This document shows, in pieces, positions 11,301 through 23,133 of a stretch of DNA of 64,000 nucleotides. How positions within the stretch are numbered: position 1 is the stretch's first letter; every line of letters starts with the position of its first letter. The notes beneath the pieces were generated by a model. The model saw nothing but the letters and a program-made list of their open reading frames with translations. It was not told where the DNA came from and did not search any database. Made by a program: the position numbers and the translations under genes. The DNA is from Cyanophora paradoxa CCMP329 (lineage: Eukaryota > Plantae > Glaucophyta), in contig QPMI01000169.1 of assembly GCA_004431415.1 (NCBI GenBank), positions 124,001 through 188,000 of the forward strand, given 5' to 3'.

Positions 11301-12109
11301 CATGAAGGAGGCCCTCAAGGCCGACCCGCGCTTCGCCGCCCCGCCCCTCGACCTCACCCCCGAGGAGGCCGCCGCCGGCGCCGCCCCCGCCGCCTCCGAC
11401 CTCGACCCGTACGTGGTCGCCGCGGGGGCGCGGGCGGCGACGGAGCGGGAGCGGCTGTTCCGGGAGCACTGCGCGGCCCTCTTCCTGGAGCGGCGGGCCG
11501 CCTTCCTGGCGCTGCTGGGCGAGGCGGCGGCCTCGGAGGCCGGCCTGCCCCTCGACGCCCGCTGGCGCGACGTCGAAGGGCGCCTCGAGGCCGACCCCCG
11601 GTACCCCCCTTCCTCTTCCTCCCCCCGCTCCGGCCCGCGGGCGCTGAGCCGAGCCGCTCGGCAGGTACGGGGCGCTGGGGTCGGAGGCGGCGCGGAAGCG
11701 GGCGTTCGAGCGCTTCCAGGCGGACCAGCTGAAGGCGGCGAAGGAGGCGCTCGCGGCGCTGCTGCGGGAGACGGCGGGGATCGACGCGGGGACGCCCACC
11801 GAGGGCTCCGGCCTCGACAAGGCCAAGGACCTCCTCCGCGTGCGCCCCCGCCCCCCGCCCCGCCCTCGTCTCTTTCCTCTGCTGAGGAGGGGCGGGCAGG
11901 GGGACGCGCGGTGGAAGCGGCTGGAGCCGTTCCGGAAGGAGCGGGAGGGGGCGCTGGTGGACCACGTGCGGGCCCTCCGCAAGGCCGCCGGCCTCCCCGA
12001 GCGCGACAGGGAGAAGGAGGAGCGCAAGCGCCGCCGCTCCCGCTCCAGGTCCCGCTCCCGCTCCCGGTCGAGGGGCCGCGACCGCGACGAGAAGAGCCGC
12101 CGCCGGTAG
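8340..12109 (+). CDS. TCERG1/PRP40C-like splicing/transcription factor (Pro-rich N-terminus, WW domains, FF domains, RS tail)
   Basis: GMPPPP repeats; WW-like GPKYYWNPLLRQATWAKP and GREYVYHPATATALWKLP; FF-like [29 protein letters not shown] and WSTMKEALKADPRF; C-terminal RSRSRSRSRS; TAG at 12107-12109. Confidence 0.85.
8513..8790 (+). repeat. Coding tandem repeat (GGCATGCCGCCGCCTCCC-like, 15-18 nt unit) encoding GMPPP(P)
   Basis: Many consecutive ggcatgccgcc units in frame with the Pro-rich N-terminus. Confidence 0.9.
10776..10837 (+). repeat. (CCCCG)n intronic pentamer array
   Basis: Lies within intron ~10773-10862 (CGC|gtccgc ... ctgatcggggcggggcag|ATG). Confidence 0.9.
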
Positions 12110-13240
12110 CGGCCCCCGCGCCCCGCCGCCCCGCGCCACGCGCCCTGCGTCGTCACAGTGCAGTGTGCAATTCGGCAATCGAGATGACAGAGAGTGTGAA
12201 CCTGTGTCTCACGGTAAACGGATATGCGTGGGATCCGGAGGCCTCAAAACCTAGCCTCAAAGTTGATCCGGGTCGAGTCGAACAAGGAGGTGCAATTATC
12301 GGATGCCGCCGGGCCGGCCGGCGCCTGTGGCCGCCGGGCTCGAAGTCGAAAGGAGCCTCATGATCATGATCAGGGCCGGGCCTGAACCGGTTAAACTTCG
12401 GACCCGGGAACTCCTGAAAGTTGAAGTCATTCGAAATTCGCTGAGCCTCGGAGCTAGCCTAGTAGGCCGGGCTGCGCATGCGCTACTATTGCGGGCCGGT
12501 CACCGGGTACTCAAGCCTTGTACTACGGTAGGCCCGGGCCCTGAGCCTCTCAGTTAGAGTCTAGGCTTTATGTCGTGAAGGGCCCGGGCCCGGGGGCTTG
12601 CATTCATGCATGATCGCGTCTTTAGCCACCTGAGCCTCCGAGGCTCGGAGCCATAAGCTTGCGCTTGCAAGTTGGAGACTCCAAGACCTGATCCGAGATA
12701 TCGATGATCATGCCATGATGACTCGATGCCATGATGATGATCATGAGGCCCGAGGCCCCGAGCCATGAGCCTCCGGGCCTCGCCAAGTCGAAGGCTTCAT
12801 GATCAAGCCTTGCCAAGTTGGTTCAATTGAACTGAGTGAAGGCTCTATCGATATTTCCAGAGCCTCGGTTTACCCCTGCAACTGGGAGGCAGGCTGCATG
12901 CCGCAGTCACTGAGTGCACAGGCCCGATATTGATCGCGAGCTAGGCCTAGGCTGGCAGCCTGGCAGCAATGCAGCCTGGCACTGCGGCAGCTGCAGCCCC
13001 CCGGGCCCCGGCCGCCGCCCGCGCGGGGCGGGGTCACTGATTTACTAAGTTAGTGAATCAGCGATCCTCCTGGCCTCCAGACTCATGCACTGAGCTGGGA
13101 GCCACGGAATCCAACTCTTTTCCCCCCAGTGGAATGCATATGTACCCCCAAAGATTTTGAGAGCTGTACCCCGGGCTCACCCCTCGTTCAAGACTCCCGG
13201 GCGCGTGTACTGTATGTGCTCGGATCCCTAACGGCGCGTG

Positions 13241-15313
13241 CTACGTGTAGACACGATCGAACGCGAAGCGGGCCGACGGGAGGACCCTAGCCAGCTCCTC
13301 GCACGTCCCGAGCACGTCCCGCCCGAGCACCTCGTCCTCGTAGGACTCTCGGCACTTGCAGGTGAGGCGGACCTGCGCGTGCTCTCGGGCGGGCGCGGCG
13401 GGGGTGGCCGAAGGGGCGGCGGCGCAGGTGCGCCTCGAGCCTCTCTGCGCGGCAGGCGGCGAAGGCGGAGAGGCCTGCGAGCCATCCGCCCGCAAGGGCC
13501 TCCTCGCCGACGTCGGACCCGAGAATGAGGCGGTGGAGGGGTACGGAGGCGAGCACCGCCGCCGCTTCCGCGGGGATCGCTTCGGCCGGGTCCAAGTGGA
13601 CGGTCAGCCAGACGCGCCCGGGGGCCCCCTGCGCCAGCGCCGCGAGCGCGGGGAGCCGCTCCATCAGCGCGGGGAGCGCCTCTGGCCAGGTCGCCGTCTC
13701 TGCCGGGGCACACCCTAAGGGAGGGGCGGGGCGGGGGGCCGGGGCGTAGCGCGCACGCGGGAGGAGGCAGAGGGCGAGGGCGGGGCTGCGCTCGAGGGCC
13801 CTCGCGTAGCCGGCGAGCGGGACGCGGGCCTCCCACACGCTCAACGCGTCCAGCGCCTCCACGCGCCGCAGCGCCGGGCACGAGCCGAGCTCGGCCACGT
13901 CGCACCCGTCCACCGCCTCTGTCAGCTGCGGGGCGGGGCGTTGGGGCGGGGCCGGCGGGGCGGGGCGGGGCGGGCGGGCGGTGAAGTGGCTATGGAGGCG
14001 CTCGAGGGCGGCCAGGTGCGGGAGGGCCTCGAGGGCGCCGGGGCAGAGCTCCGCCCACTCGCGCGGCGGGCCGAAGCGAAGCCTGCGCGCTGCTCAGCGG
14101 GGCGAGGCCGCGGGGAGAGGGCGGGGGGGAGGGAGGCGCGCACTCTCTCAGAGAGAGCGCGGCGGGAGCGTCGGCGAGAGCCTGGAGCAGGGGCGCCGCG
14201 TCGCGATCGGGGGGAAATTCCCCCCGCGGGCGGAGGCAGAGCTCGAGGCGCTCGAGGGCGGGGAGGTCGGCCAGGCCCGCCGCCTCCCCGTACTCCTCCA
14301 CCGCGATCTCCACCTGCGCCCCGCGTCGGAGGCGCGGGGGGCCGGCGGGGGCGCAGGAGGCGCGGACCCGCTTGAGGCGCGGGAGGCACCCGGCGAGGGC
14401 GAGCGTGCCGGACCGAGCGAGGCAGAGGGAGCCGCAGCCGACGAGGGAGAGGCTCTCGAGCTCTGAGAGCCGGCCGAGGCGGCGCTCCCAGTCGTCGTCG
14501 GGGTCGGAGCTCGCCTCCAAGTTGCCATGTGTGGGCGAGCCGCGCAGTGCGAGGCTGCGAAGTGCGCGGCGGGATGCGTCGAGTGCGATGAAGATGCGGT
14601 CCAGGAACGCGCCGCTCATCACAGAGCTCGCTTTGAAGATCAGCTCGAAGCCGCCGAGGCCTCCGCTCGCCGACACGAACGCCCGGACAAGCGACACGAT
14701 GGAATCGCAGGTGCACGAGCAAGACCTCCCAAGCACCTCCAGACGGAGCGACGCGCCGGGGGCCACGCGGATCCAGCGGCGACTTGACACGAAACCGCCC
14801 GGCTGCTGCTGCACTCGCCCCGGTTGCCGGTCCTCGGACACGCTGTCCTCGTGCTCAGCGCCGACGACAACGCCCGCGAGCCGATCCGCCCTCTCCGCGC
14901 CCCACACGGCCACGTCCAGCCGGCTCCATACGCGCGCGTTCAGAGCGCTCGAGTTGCGCCAGCGACGGCAGACAGCACGCGCGTTGGAAGCCGACTGCAG
15001 ATCCAGACTCTCAAGAATTTGCGAGAGGGTCTCGTCGGGCAGCTGGTCGAACGGCGATGGTCCTGCTGCAGCTTCTTGCGCGGCTTCGGCGTCGGAAATG
15101 CCCGTTTACCTCTGTTTGCTGGACTCCGGAGACGCCAACGCTGCCTCGAGCAGCTCAGCAGCCGCGCCGGCCAGCGTGCTCCCTCTCCGCCCCGCGTACT
15201 GCACGAGGCGCGCGTGGATGCCTGCGCGATCGGTTCAGCACATCACTCGATGTCCGACTCACTGCGACCACTTGCGCACCGGCAGGCAGCTCGATGATTC
15301 CTCTCGCCTCCAT
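13241..15313 (-). CDS. F-box protein with LRR-like region
   Basis: F-box motif SPFDQLPDETLSQILESLDLQSASNARAVCRRWR near 14950-15060; downstream LRR-like LSELESLSLVGC, LPRLKRV, LPALERLELC, CPALRRVE. The 5' exon structure is uncertain. Confidence 0.7.
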
Positions 15314-15641
15314 CTAGCTGGTATCGCCGGTCTAGCTAGCTGGCCTTGATTGCGCCGGGCGGCTCCGTCGGTCCGCCGGTTTAGCTCAGCTTAGCGATTC
15401 GCACACTCTCTCAAGCCGCCAGCTGCAGCTGAAAGAGTCTCTGATGCTCAGCACGACGTGGCGGGCCTAGCCCCCTCGGACTCGCCCCCCCCCTCGAAGG
15501 GCGAAGACTCAGACTTGAGGCCCGCCCGAAGCGGAACAAGGGTAGAGGAGTTAGCGGCAGTTAGTACCTGCGGTCCACGAATTTTTTTAGTTCGCAGGCA
15601 GCGTCGCTAGTCAGCCGCGGCCCATCTAAAGCCTAGCAGCA

Positions 15642-17016
15642 ATGGCCCAGCAGATTACTGGCGTGAACCCCCGGTAAGCCGCCGTATTGCCAGCTCCGTA
15701 GCGTCCGGAGCAGCCGGGACTGGTGGAGGCTCGTTAGACTTAGTCTAGGCTGGACCAGGGCCGAGGGCGTCGTCTGATAGAGGGTTTGGGGTGGCGCAGC
15801 TCCGGCGGCATTACGAAGTCGGAGCCGACTTTCGGCGGCATTGAGACGCCGGCCGGCGCCGAGGTTGAGATCATCCGCTCGGCGGTGATCTCCCCGGTCA
15901 ATGCCCCGACTGCCCCGGCGGGCGTCGTGGCCCCGGTCTGCGCGCAGCCCGTGGCTGTCCAGATCGTCACCCAGGAGCTCCCTGCCCCGGAGCCCGTTAA
16001 GGCGGAGTGCGATGTGACTGTCCAGCACAAGCTCAACCTCCAGGTCCCGGAGCCGGTGAAGCCCGAGATCGTAAAGGGCGTGCTCACTCAGGACACCAAG
16101 TGCGGCTGCATCGACTACTGCACCCCGGCGTCGTCGAAGTGCAACGGTGAGCCGGGAGTCCATTCCGCGGCCGTTATGCCGAGAATCTCGTTTTGCTTCT
16201 TGTTTCGCACGTGCTAACGGACGCGTATCGGTGTCTAGACCCCTTCAACTACAGCAAGACTGGCCTGATCAATGGCGTGAAGGTTGACGGCGCTCCGGAT
16301 GACAACGCCGCCTACGTCCTCACCCCCCTGTCGCCCTGCACCACCCCCCTGTACTATGATGCCGTCAAGCCGGACTGCAACACCGGCGTTGAGTGCCCGA
16401 AGCCGGTTAGCAGTCTGCGGTTGCGAACCATGGGGCTTGTCTTTACACTAGCGCAGGCCGTGCCCGAGTGCTCGGACATCGTCGTGACCATCGACAAGAC
16501 CTGCCGCGACGAGGTGAGCTAGGTGTTACCGCTGGACGGGGGCTGGAGTTGATCGGTTCGGGGGTTAGGTCTGCCGTGAGCCGTCGACCAAGGAGCCCGT
16601 CCTTAAGAACGTTGTTGCGGACTGCGAGGACCTGTCCCCGGATTCGGATGCGTACAAGGCGCTCCGCTGCTACGAGGAGGCCGACAAGCACTTCCCCGTC
16701 TCCAACGAGAGCGACGGCTGCGAGCCGTTCAAGCCCTGCTCGGCCTCCCCGATCAAGATGGTCGATGAGGAGACGCAGGAGGTGCGACTGCGCGCGGTTA
16801 CTGGGGTTTGTCGGTGAGCGGTGCTGACTGACGTTCGGCGGTTAGATCGAGTTCGACCTCGTTGCGGAGGCTGACAGCGCGGCGATGAACGTCGACACCA
16901 CCGAGGAGGTGAGAATCGCTGTCTGCGACACGGCTTGTTCTTTTCTGATCTTTTCTCAGGAGGACATCACCTTCGATGCCGTCGAGTGCGAAATGAGCGC
17001 GATCGCGCTCCTGTAA
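15642..17016 (+). CDS. Orphan Cys/Pro/Val-rich acidic protein
   Basis: ATG at 15642; exons with strongly C/G-ending codons separated by GT-AG introns (gtaagc, gtgagc, gtgaga); ends EDITFDAVECEMSAIALL-TAA. Confidence 0.7.
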
Positions 17017-17967
17017 ATCGCCCAGCGTTCGGCCACGGAAGCTCGGAAGGGCCAAATATAGATAGGTCGTTCTCGGGCTCGAGGCGGTCACAAGCCGCAA
17101 CAGCCGCCAGCGAAGTCGTCGCCAGCGAGTCGATGAAGTCACAGGAGTGAATGGCGCCGCGGGAATCAGCTGTAGCGAGGAGCGCGTTCCGTGCTGGTCT
17201 TGGAGTCCGATGGCACCACAACCGCGGCGCCATGTACAGCCCTTTCCTCTCTGGTGGGGCTCCTATGATCAGACGGGCGTATGTAGCCCTTTGTACCATT
17301 TGTTTTCCGGTGCAGAGGATGCATTCGCATGTGCCCCTGCAGTAAATTATAAAAGCTGAAACAAAACTCCTCTTGTTCTACGGGTTGGTGGGTCAATCTA
17401 GATGGAAAGGACATTGTTTTGGGGGGTTGGGCTTCAGATCTGGCAGGTACACATGCAAGGCGAGGTGTCGGTCAAGGCACATGTTTGTCGAACCTTCTTC
17501 CGAAGGTCGGAGAAGCACGCCGTGTGACGGGCGACCCAGCGGCAGCAGCCAGTGCCAGCCACCACTGGCCATGCCGGTGCCAGCCGTGAGCGTGAACTCT
17601 TATGGCGTCAAGAGCTAGCGCAGCCTAGCAGTCTATTAAATTTTGGAAGGCGCCGCGCCCCAAGCCCAGACCGTCGACGTCTGACCAGATTTGATCTGGC
17701 GAGGGTACCGTTGGTGGCCGAGTCACTGAGTCTATCGAGCTAGCGAGCAGCTGCAGCCACCGCTAGCGCTAGCGCGTGCGTGCCTATAGGAAGCATAAAG
17801 CACGCCTGAGGAGAGCGTCGCGCACGGACTCCGGGGCTCGAGGTACGCTTGGAGCTTGCAAAGCGCCTGCACCGCATCACACATGAGCGCCTGCACCGCA
17901 CATGAGTGCCTTACTGTTTCACACGTGACGCACAGGTGCCCCACCGGACGGGTGGCCGCCCCAGCGA

Positions 17968-20900
17968 ATGGAGAGCAGGGTGAAGGTCGCACTGCGGTGC
18001 AGGCCGCCGATAGCTCGGGAAGCGCAACACTCCTTTGGCCTTCTCACGCTGGATCCCGGCGGCTCCTGCGCCTGGTGCGCTTGCCATGGACGGGCTGGCG
18101 CCGCTGCTCAAGTCCGACGCCGCGCAGCCTCCGGACGAAGGACGAAAGACCAGTGGAGCGGACCTTCGCTGCGGACTATGTGTTTGATCAGAGCGCGAGC
18201 CAGGACGACCTGTACTCGGGCGTCGGCGTCGACTCCATGGTAAGCAGCACTAACCTCCTTCGAATTCGCTTGGAGGCGCCGCCGCCGCCAACGGCGCCCG
18301 CGCGCAGGTCGAGGCCGTGCTCGACGGCTACAATGCAACGATTTTCGCATACGGCCAGGTGCTCGCGAGCCGGCGGACGCGCGGCCGCGGGGCCCGAGCG
18401 CGGGGTCTGCGCAGACGGGCTCGGGGAAGACGTACTCGATCGACGGCTTCGAGTACGCCTCCTCCGCCGGCGGGCGCGTCAAGTCAGACTGGAAGGCGCG
18501 CCGGGGGCGCCAGCCCCCGCCCGGGGCGGCCCAAGCTCTCACCGAGGGGGCAGGTGGAGGGTGCGAGGCTGGGGATCGTCCCGCGGGCCATCGGGGCCCT
18601 CTTCGCGAGCATGGCGAGCTCCGAGCGGCGCAGGCAGCTCAAGTACCGCGCTCGCTGCTCGTGCGCGGCCCCCGAGGCGGCGCCGCCGGCCGGCCGCCGA
18701 CCCCGGCTCGCCGACCCGCGCGCGCAGGTACCTGCAGATCTACCAGGAGCGCGTCTACGACCTGCTCAACACGGGCGGGGCGCCGGCGGGGGCGCCGCAG
18801 CCCTCGACGAGCCTGCGCATGCGGTGGAACCAGCGGGACGAGTGCGGCCGGCGGGGCGCGCGTCGCGGGGGCGGGCGCCTGACGCGGCTGGCGGGGGCCA
18901 GGTTCTACGTGGAGAACCTCTTCGTCTGCGAGTGCCGCGACGCCCGCCAGATGCTGTCCGCCCTCCCCTCCCTCTCCTGGACGCCTGCCGGCCCGAGCGG
19001 GGGGCGGGGCGCAGGGAGCTCTTCCGCGGCGGCTCGCGGGCGAAGGCGATGGGCGCGCACGCCCTCAACGCCGCCAGCTCCCGCTCCCACTGCGTCTTCA
19101 CCGTCCAGGCGCGCGCGGGCCCAGGCCGGCCGCGCGGGGGCCCTCTGAGGGCGGCGGCAGGTCGAGTGCGAGGACCCGGCGAGCCCCGGCGAGATCCGCA
19201 CGAGTGCGCGCGCGCGTCTTCGCTGAGCGCCGTCGGACCGGCGCCGACGCGGGGCGGGCGGCGGGCAGGCAAGTTCAACGTGGTGGACCTCGCCGGCTCC
19301 GAGCGCCTCGCGCAGACCCAGTCCACCGGCGGCCGCATGAAGGAGGCCCGCCCCGCGCCCCGCGCCCCGCGCCCCGCCCCGCGCCAGGCGCGCCCGAACC
19401 GAGGCCCCGCGCCGCAGGGCATCGCCATCAACCAGTCCCTCTTCGCCCTCCGCAAGGCGCGCCCCGCCCCCCTCCGCTCGCTTCCCCCAGGCCTGAGCGT
19501 GCTCCCCTTGCAGGTCATCGCGGCCCTGGCGGATATCCTTTCCTCCCCCGCGCCCCTCGCCACTCGCCGCGCGCTGCGCGCTGGCACTGCCTTGACGGGG
19601 CGGGGGGGCCACATGGGGAGGGGGCGCAGCACGTGCCGTACCGGGACTCGAAGCTGACGAGCCTGCTGAAGCACTCGCTGGGGGGCAACTCGCTGACGCT
19701 CATGCTCGCCTGCCTCTCGCCCTCGGACGAGGCGGCGGAGGAGAACGCGAGCACGCTGGAGTACGCGACGCGGGCGCGGGCCATCACCAACCGCCCCGCC
19801 CTCAACGAGGACCCCAAGAGCGCCCTCATCCGCGCCCTCCGGGAGGAGGTGGCGCCCCCTCGCGCCCGCCCCGCGCAGCAGGCCGGCGGGCGGGGCTCAC
19901 GTGGCGCGCAGGTGGCGCTCCTGCGGGGCCAGCTGGCGCAGCTGAGCCACGTCGTGCTCCTCCCCGACGGCTCCCGCCTCCTCCCCGCCCCGGGCCCCGG
20001 CCCCCAGGCCGCCCCGCGCCCCGCCGCCGCCCCCGCGCATCCCTCCACCCCCGCCGCCAGCGAGGGGCTGCGGGGTGGACGCGGGCGGTGCGCCGGCCAG
20101 CCGCCCCGCCCTCGCACAGGGGGGCCGACGGGGGCCGGGCGCGGGGCAGAGCTGGGGAGAAGTTCGTGGAGAGCGTGGACGCCATCAAAGAGCTGCTCGA
20201 AGCGAACCGGCGCCTGCGCGCCGCCTACTTTGCTGCCGCCGCCGCCCGCGCCGACTCCGACGCCGCCAACGCGCGCCTCATGGAGGAGAACGCCGATCTC
20301 CGCGCCCGCGTCGAGGCCCGCCCCGCCCCGCGCCCCGCCCGCGCCGCCGCCCGCGCCGCCGCCCGCGTGACGCCCCCGCAGCTCCTCGAGAACGCCCTCG
20401 TGGAGGAGGAGGAGGCCACGGGGGTCCGCTCCCGACCCCGCTCGGCTGCGGCGGCGGCGGCCGCCCTACCGCCCGCACGGCGGGGTGCCGCGACCCTCGC
20501 CGCCCCCGCCAGCCCCCTCGCCCGGGCGGCGACGAGGTGCGCTTGGGCCGGTGGCGCTCGGGCCGGCGGCGGCCGAGCGGGGATGGGCGCGCAGCCGCTG
20601 GCGGCGGGGATCGGGCGGGCGCTGGACGACCTCTACGGCCTCAGCGACGGGCCCGCCCCGCCCTGCCTCCTCGAGTGGAGGCCCGCCGCTCGCTGACTCC
20701 TGGCCGGGCAGGATCGCGGCGGCCGCCGGGGGCGCCGCCGCGGGGCGCGCCTTGCCCGAGGGGACCGCGGGCTCGAGCCGCTTCTTCGCGCGCTCCAACT
20801 CCACCCCCTCCGCTACGGGCCCCGCGCCTGGCGCTCTTAGTGGACTCTCGACCACCGCGATCTTCGGCACGGGGACGGCCGCCGCAGGGCCGCAGCGGAC

Positions 20901-21346
20901 GCTGCACGGCGCGGGGCGCGCGGGAGCCTCGAGCGGGGGCGGCGGCGGCGGCGGGAGCGGGCTGATGAGCCTGGAGGAGATGCGGCGCATCGTGCGGCAG
21001 GCCCCGCGCGCCTCGGGGCTTCCTCCCCAGCAGGCGCCCCCGCAGCCCAGTGCGCCGCCCCCGCTCCAAGCCCCGCCGGCCTCGCCTGAGGCGCGGGCAG
21101 CGGGCCCGGGGCGGCCCCCAGCGCCTCGCGCGTCCTCTCCGTCCTCTCCCGGGACCCCGCCGGCACCGACGCCCCGCGGGGAGCCTCGAGGCGCGCCCCG
21201 GCCCCCGCCCCTCCCTCGCCCCGCCCCTCCGACGCGGCGCGCAGCGGGCGGAGCTGCGGCTGAGCACGACGGGGCGCCTGCTGCGCGCGGGCAGCGCGGG
21301 AAGGAGGAGCGCGCGCAGCGACAGCGGCGGCGAGGCGCCCGACTAG
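17968..21346 (+). CDS. Kinesin (N-terminal motor domain, coiled coil, low-complexity tail)
   Basis: [38 protein letters not shown] (P-loop), [73 protein letters not shown]. Confidence 0.95.
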
Positions 21347-21440
21347 AGGCAGCCTGTCGCCGAGTCGCGCGTTTCTAACTATACAACTAGCGTTCAAGTA
21401 CATGCGCGGGGAAGAGGTGGAAGGAAGCGGGGCCGGGGCG

Positions 21441-22881
21441 TCACAGGTAGGCGCGGGCACGGCGGTAGCCATAGAAGGCGGCGGCGAGGGCGGCAAGGAC
21501 GGCCCCGCCCGCCACGAGGGCAATGGCCGGCCCCGCGAGGGCGGGGGCCGGCCGGCCGGGGCGGGGGCAGGCCCTGGGCGGCGCGGGCGGCGGCGGGGCG
21601 GCGCGGGTTGGAGCGGTAGGCGCGGGCGCCGAGGAGCTCGTGGAGGGGAAGGTGCGCATCTGCCAGGGGAGGGCGACGGCCCAGCGGCCCCGGGTGCGCC
21701 GGGGCGGCCCAAGGGGGCCCCCGGGGCGCGGCCCCAGCTCGACCTCGGCGACGATCGCCTGCGCGCCGGCGAGCGTCCGAGGGGCGGGGCGGGCGGGGCG
21801 CGCGGGGGCGGACGTCCTCGGGGCCTCGGGGAGGGCGGCGAGGGTGCGCCCGTCGCGGTCGGCGATGGCGGAGCGCCCGCCGAAGACGGTGCGGGCCTCC
21901 AGGGGGACCCCCACCACGGGGCTCACCCACTGCCCGCCCCCTCAGATCGCACCGGGCGCCGGCGCGCCGGGCAGGGCGCCGCGGCGCACGGGGCCGCTCT
22001 TGTTGACGGCGAGGCAGGGGACGCCGTAGGCCCGCGCGCTCTCCGCCGCCGCCCCCTCCATGAAGGCGCAGAACCAGCTGCGCGGCGGGGGCCTCGGATC
22101 GGGGCGAGCGCGGGGGGCGGCGGGGCCCGGGGCCGAGTGCGGGGCGCACGCGTCGGCGGAGGCGGAGAGGGGGAAGGGGGAGTCCATGCGCGGGGCGGAG
22201 AAGGGCGCGACGAGGAGGTCCGGCCACGCCTCGCCGATGCTCCGGCTCACGGGGGCGAGGAGGTTCTCGTAGCAGATGGCGACGGCCACGCGGCCCACGC
22301 GCGGGATCTCGATGCAGCGCCCGCAGTCGCCCCCCGTGAAGAAGTTGCTCTCCATGGACGCCGGCACCGACTTGTACACCTTGCCGACTGCGAGGCGCGC
22401 GCCGGAGTCTGCGCGGCGCGCGCCGGGCCGGGCCTGGGGAGAGGCTGGCGCGCGCACCGATTCTCTCGTCCGGCCCGACGAGCACCCAGACGTTCCGGAA
22501 GTCGTCGCCCTCGGCCACCAGCATCCCGGCGCCCACGTACGCACTGTGCTGCTTCGCGCAACGCCGCAAGAAATCCAGCGTCGCACTGGCCTCCCAGCTC
22601 TCTGCTTTCTCCCACATGCGCTCACTGAAAACGAAGCCCGAGAATGCGATTCTGCGCGGCGCCGACGGGTTAGCGCGTGTCACTGTGGCACCGTGGGCCT
22701 CTAGTCTCTAGATGTCTCCGAGCAGATGGAAGAAGGCTCACTCTGGGAAGCAGATGAGCTGCGCCCCCTGCCGAGCCGCCTTGTCAGCCAGCGCCGCGGC
22801 GCGCGAGAACAGCTGCGCCTGGCTCTCGTCGGCGGCGAGCTGCAGGTCGTTCAGCTGCACCGCGGCGACGCGGAGCTTCAT
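21441..22881 (-). CDS. Carbon-nitrogen hydrolase (nitrilase superfamily) with probable C-terminal membrane anchor
   Basis: MKLRVAAVQL, ICFPE (catalytic Glu), KVYK (Lys), VAVAICYE (Cys), LAVNKSG, FGGRSAIADRDG; last exon IALVAGGAVLAALAAAFYGYRR. Confidence 0.85.
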
Positions 22882-23133
22882 GTCGGCTGGCGAGAGATCG
22901 AGGAGCGTGTTACATCGGAGTCTCGGCACTGGCACGTCGTCAGTGAGCCGATGTGAGCGTCGGTTAGTGTCGCTGAGCGCCGGTGAGCGTCGCTGAGCGA
23001 GCCAGGCGGGGTACGCCAGACTCAGACGAACTTCAGTTTGGCCAGAGAGCTCACTCCGGCGCTCGCTTAGCTTAGCTATCGAGCTTAGCTAGGGAAGCGG
23101 TCAAGGAGCCCCCAGCAGGACAGGAGCGGCCGG

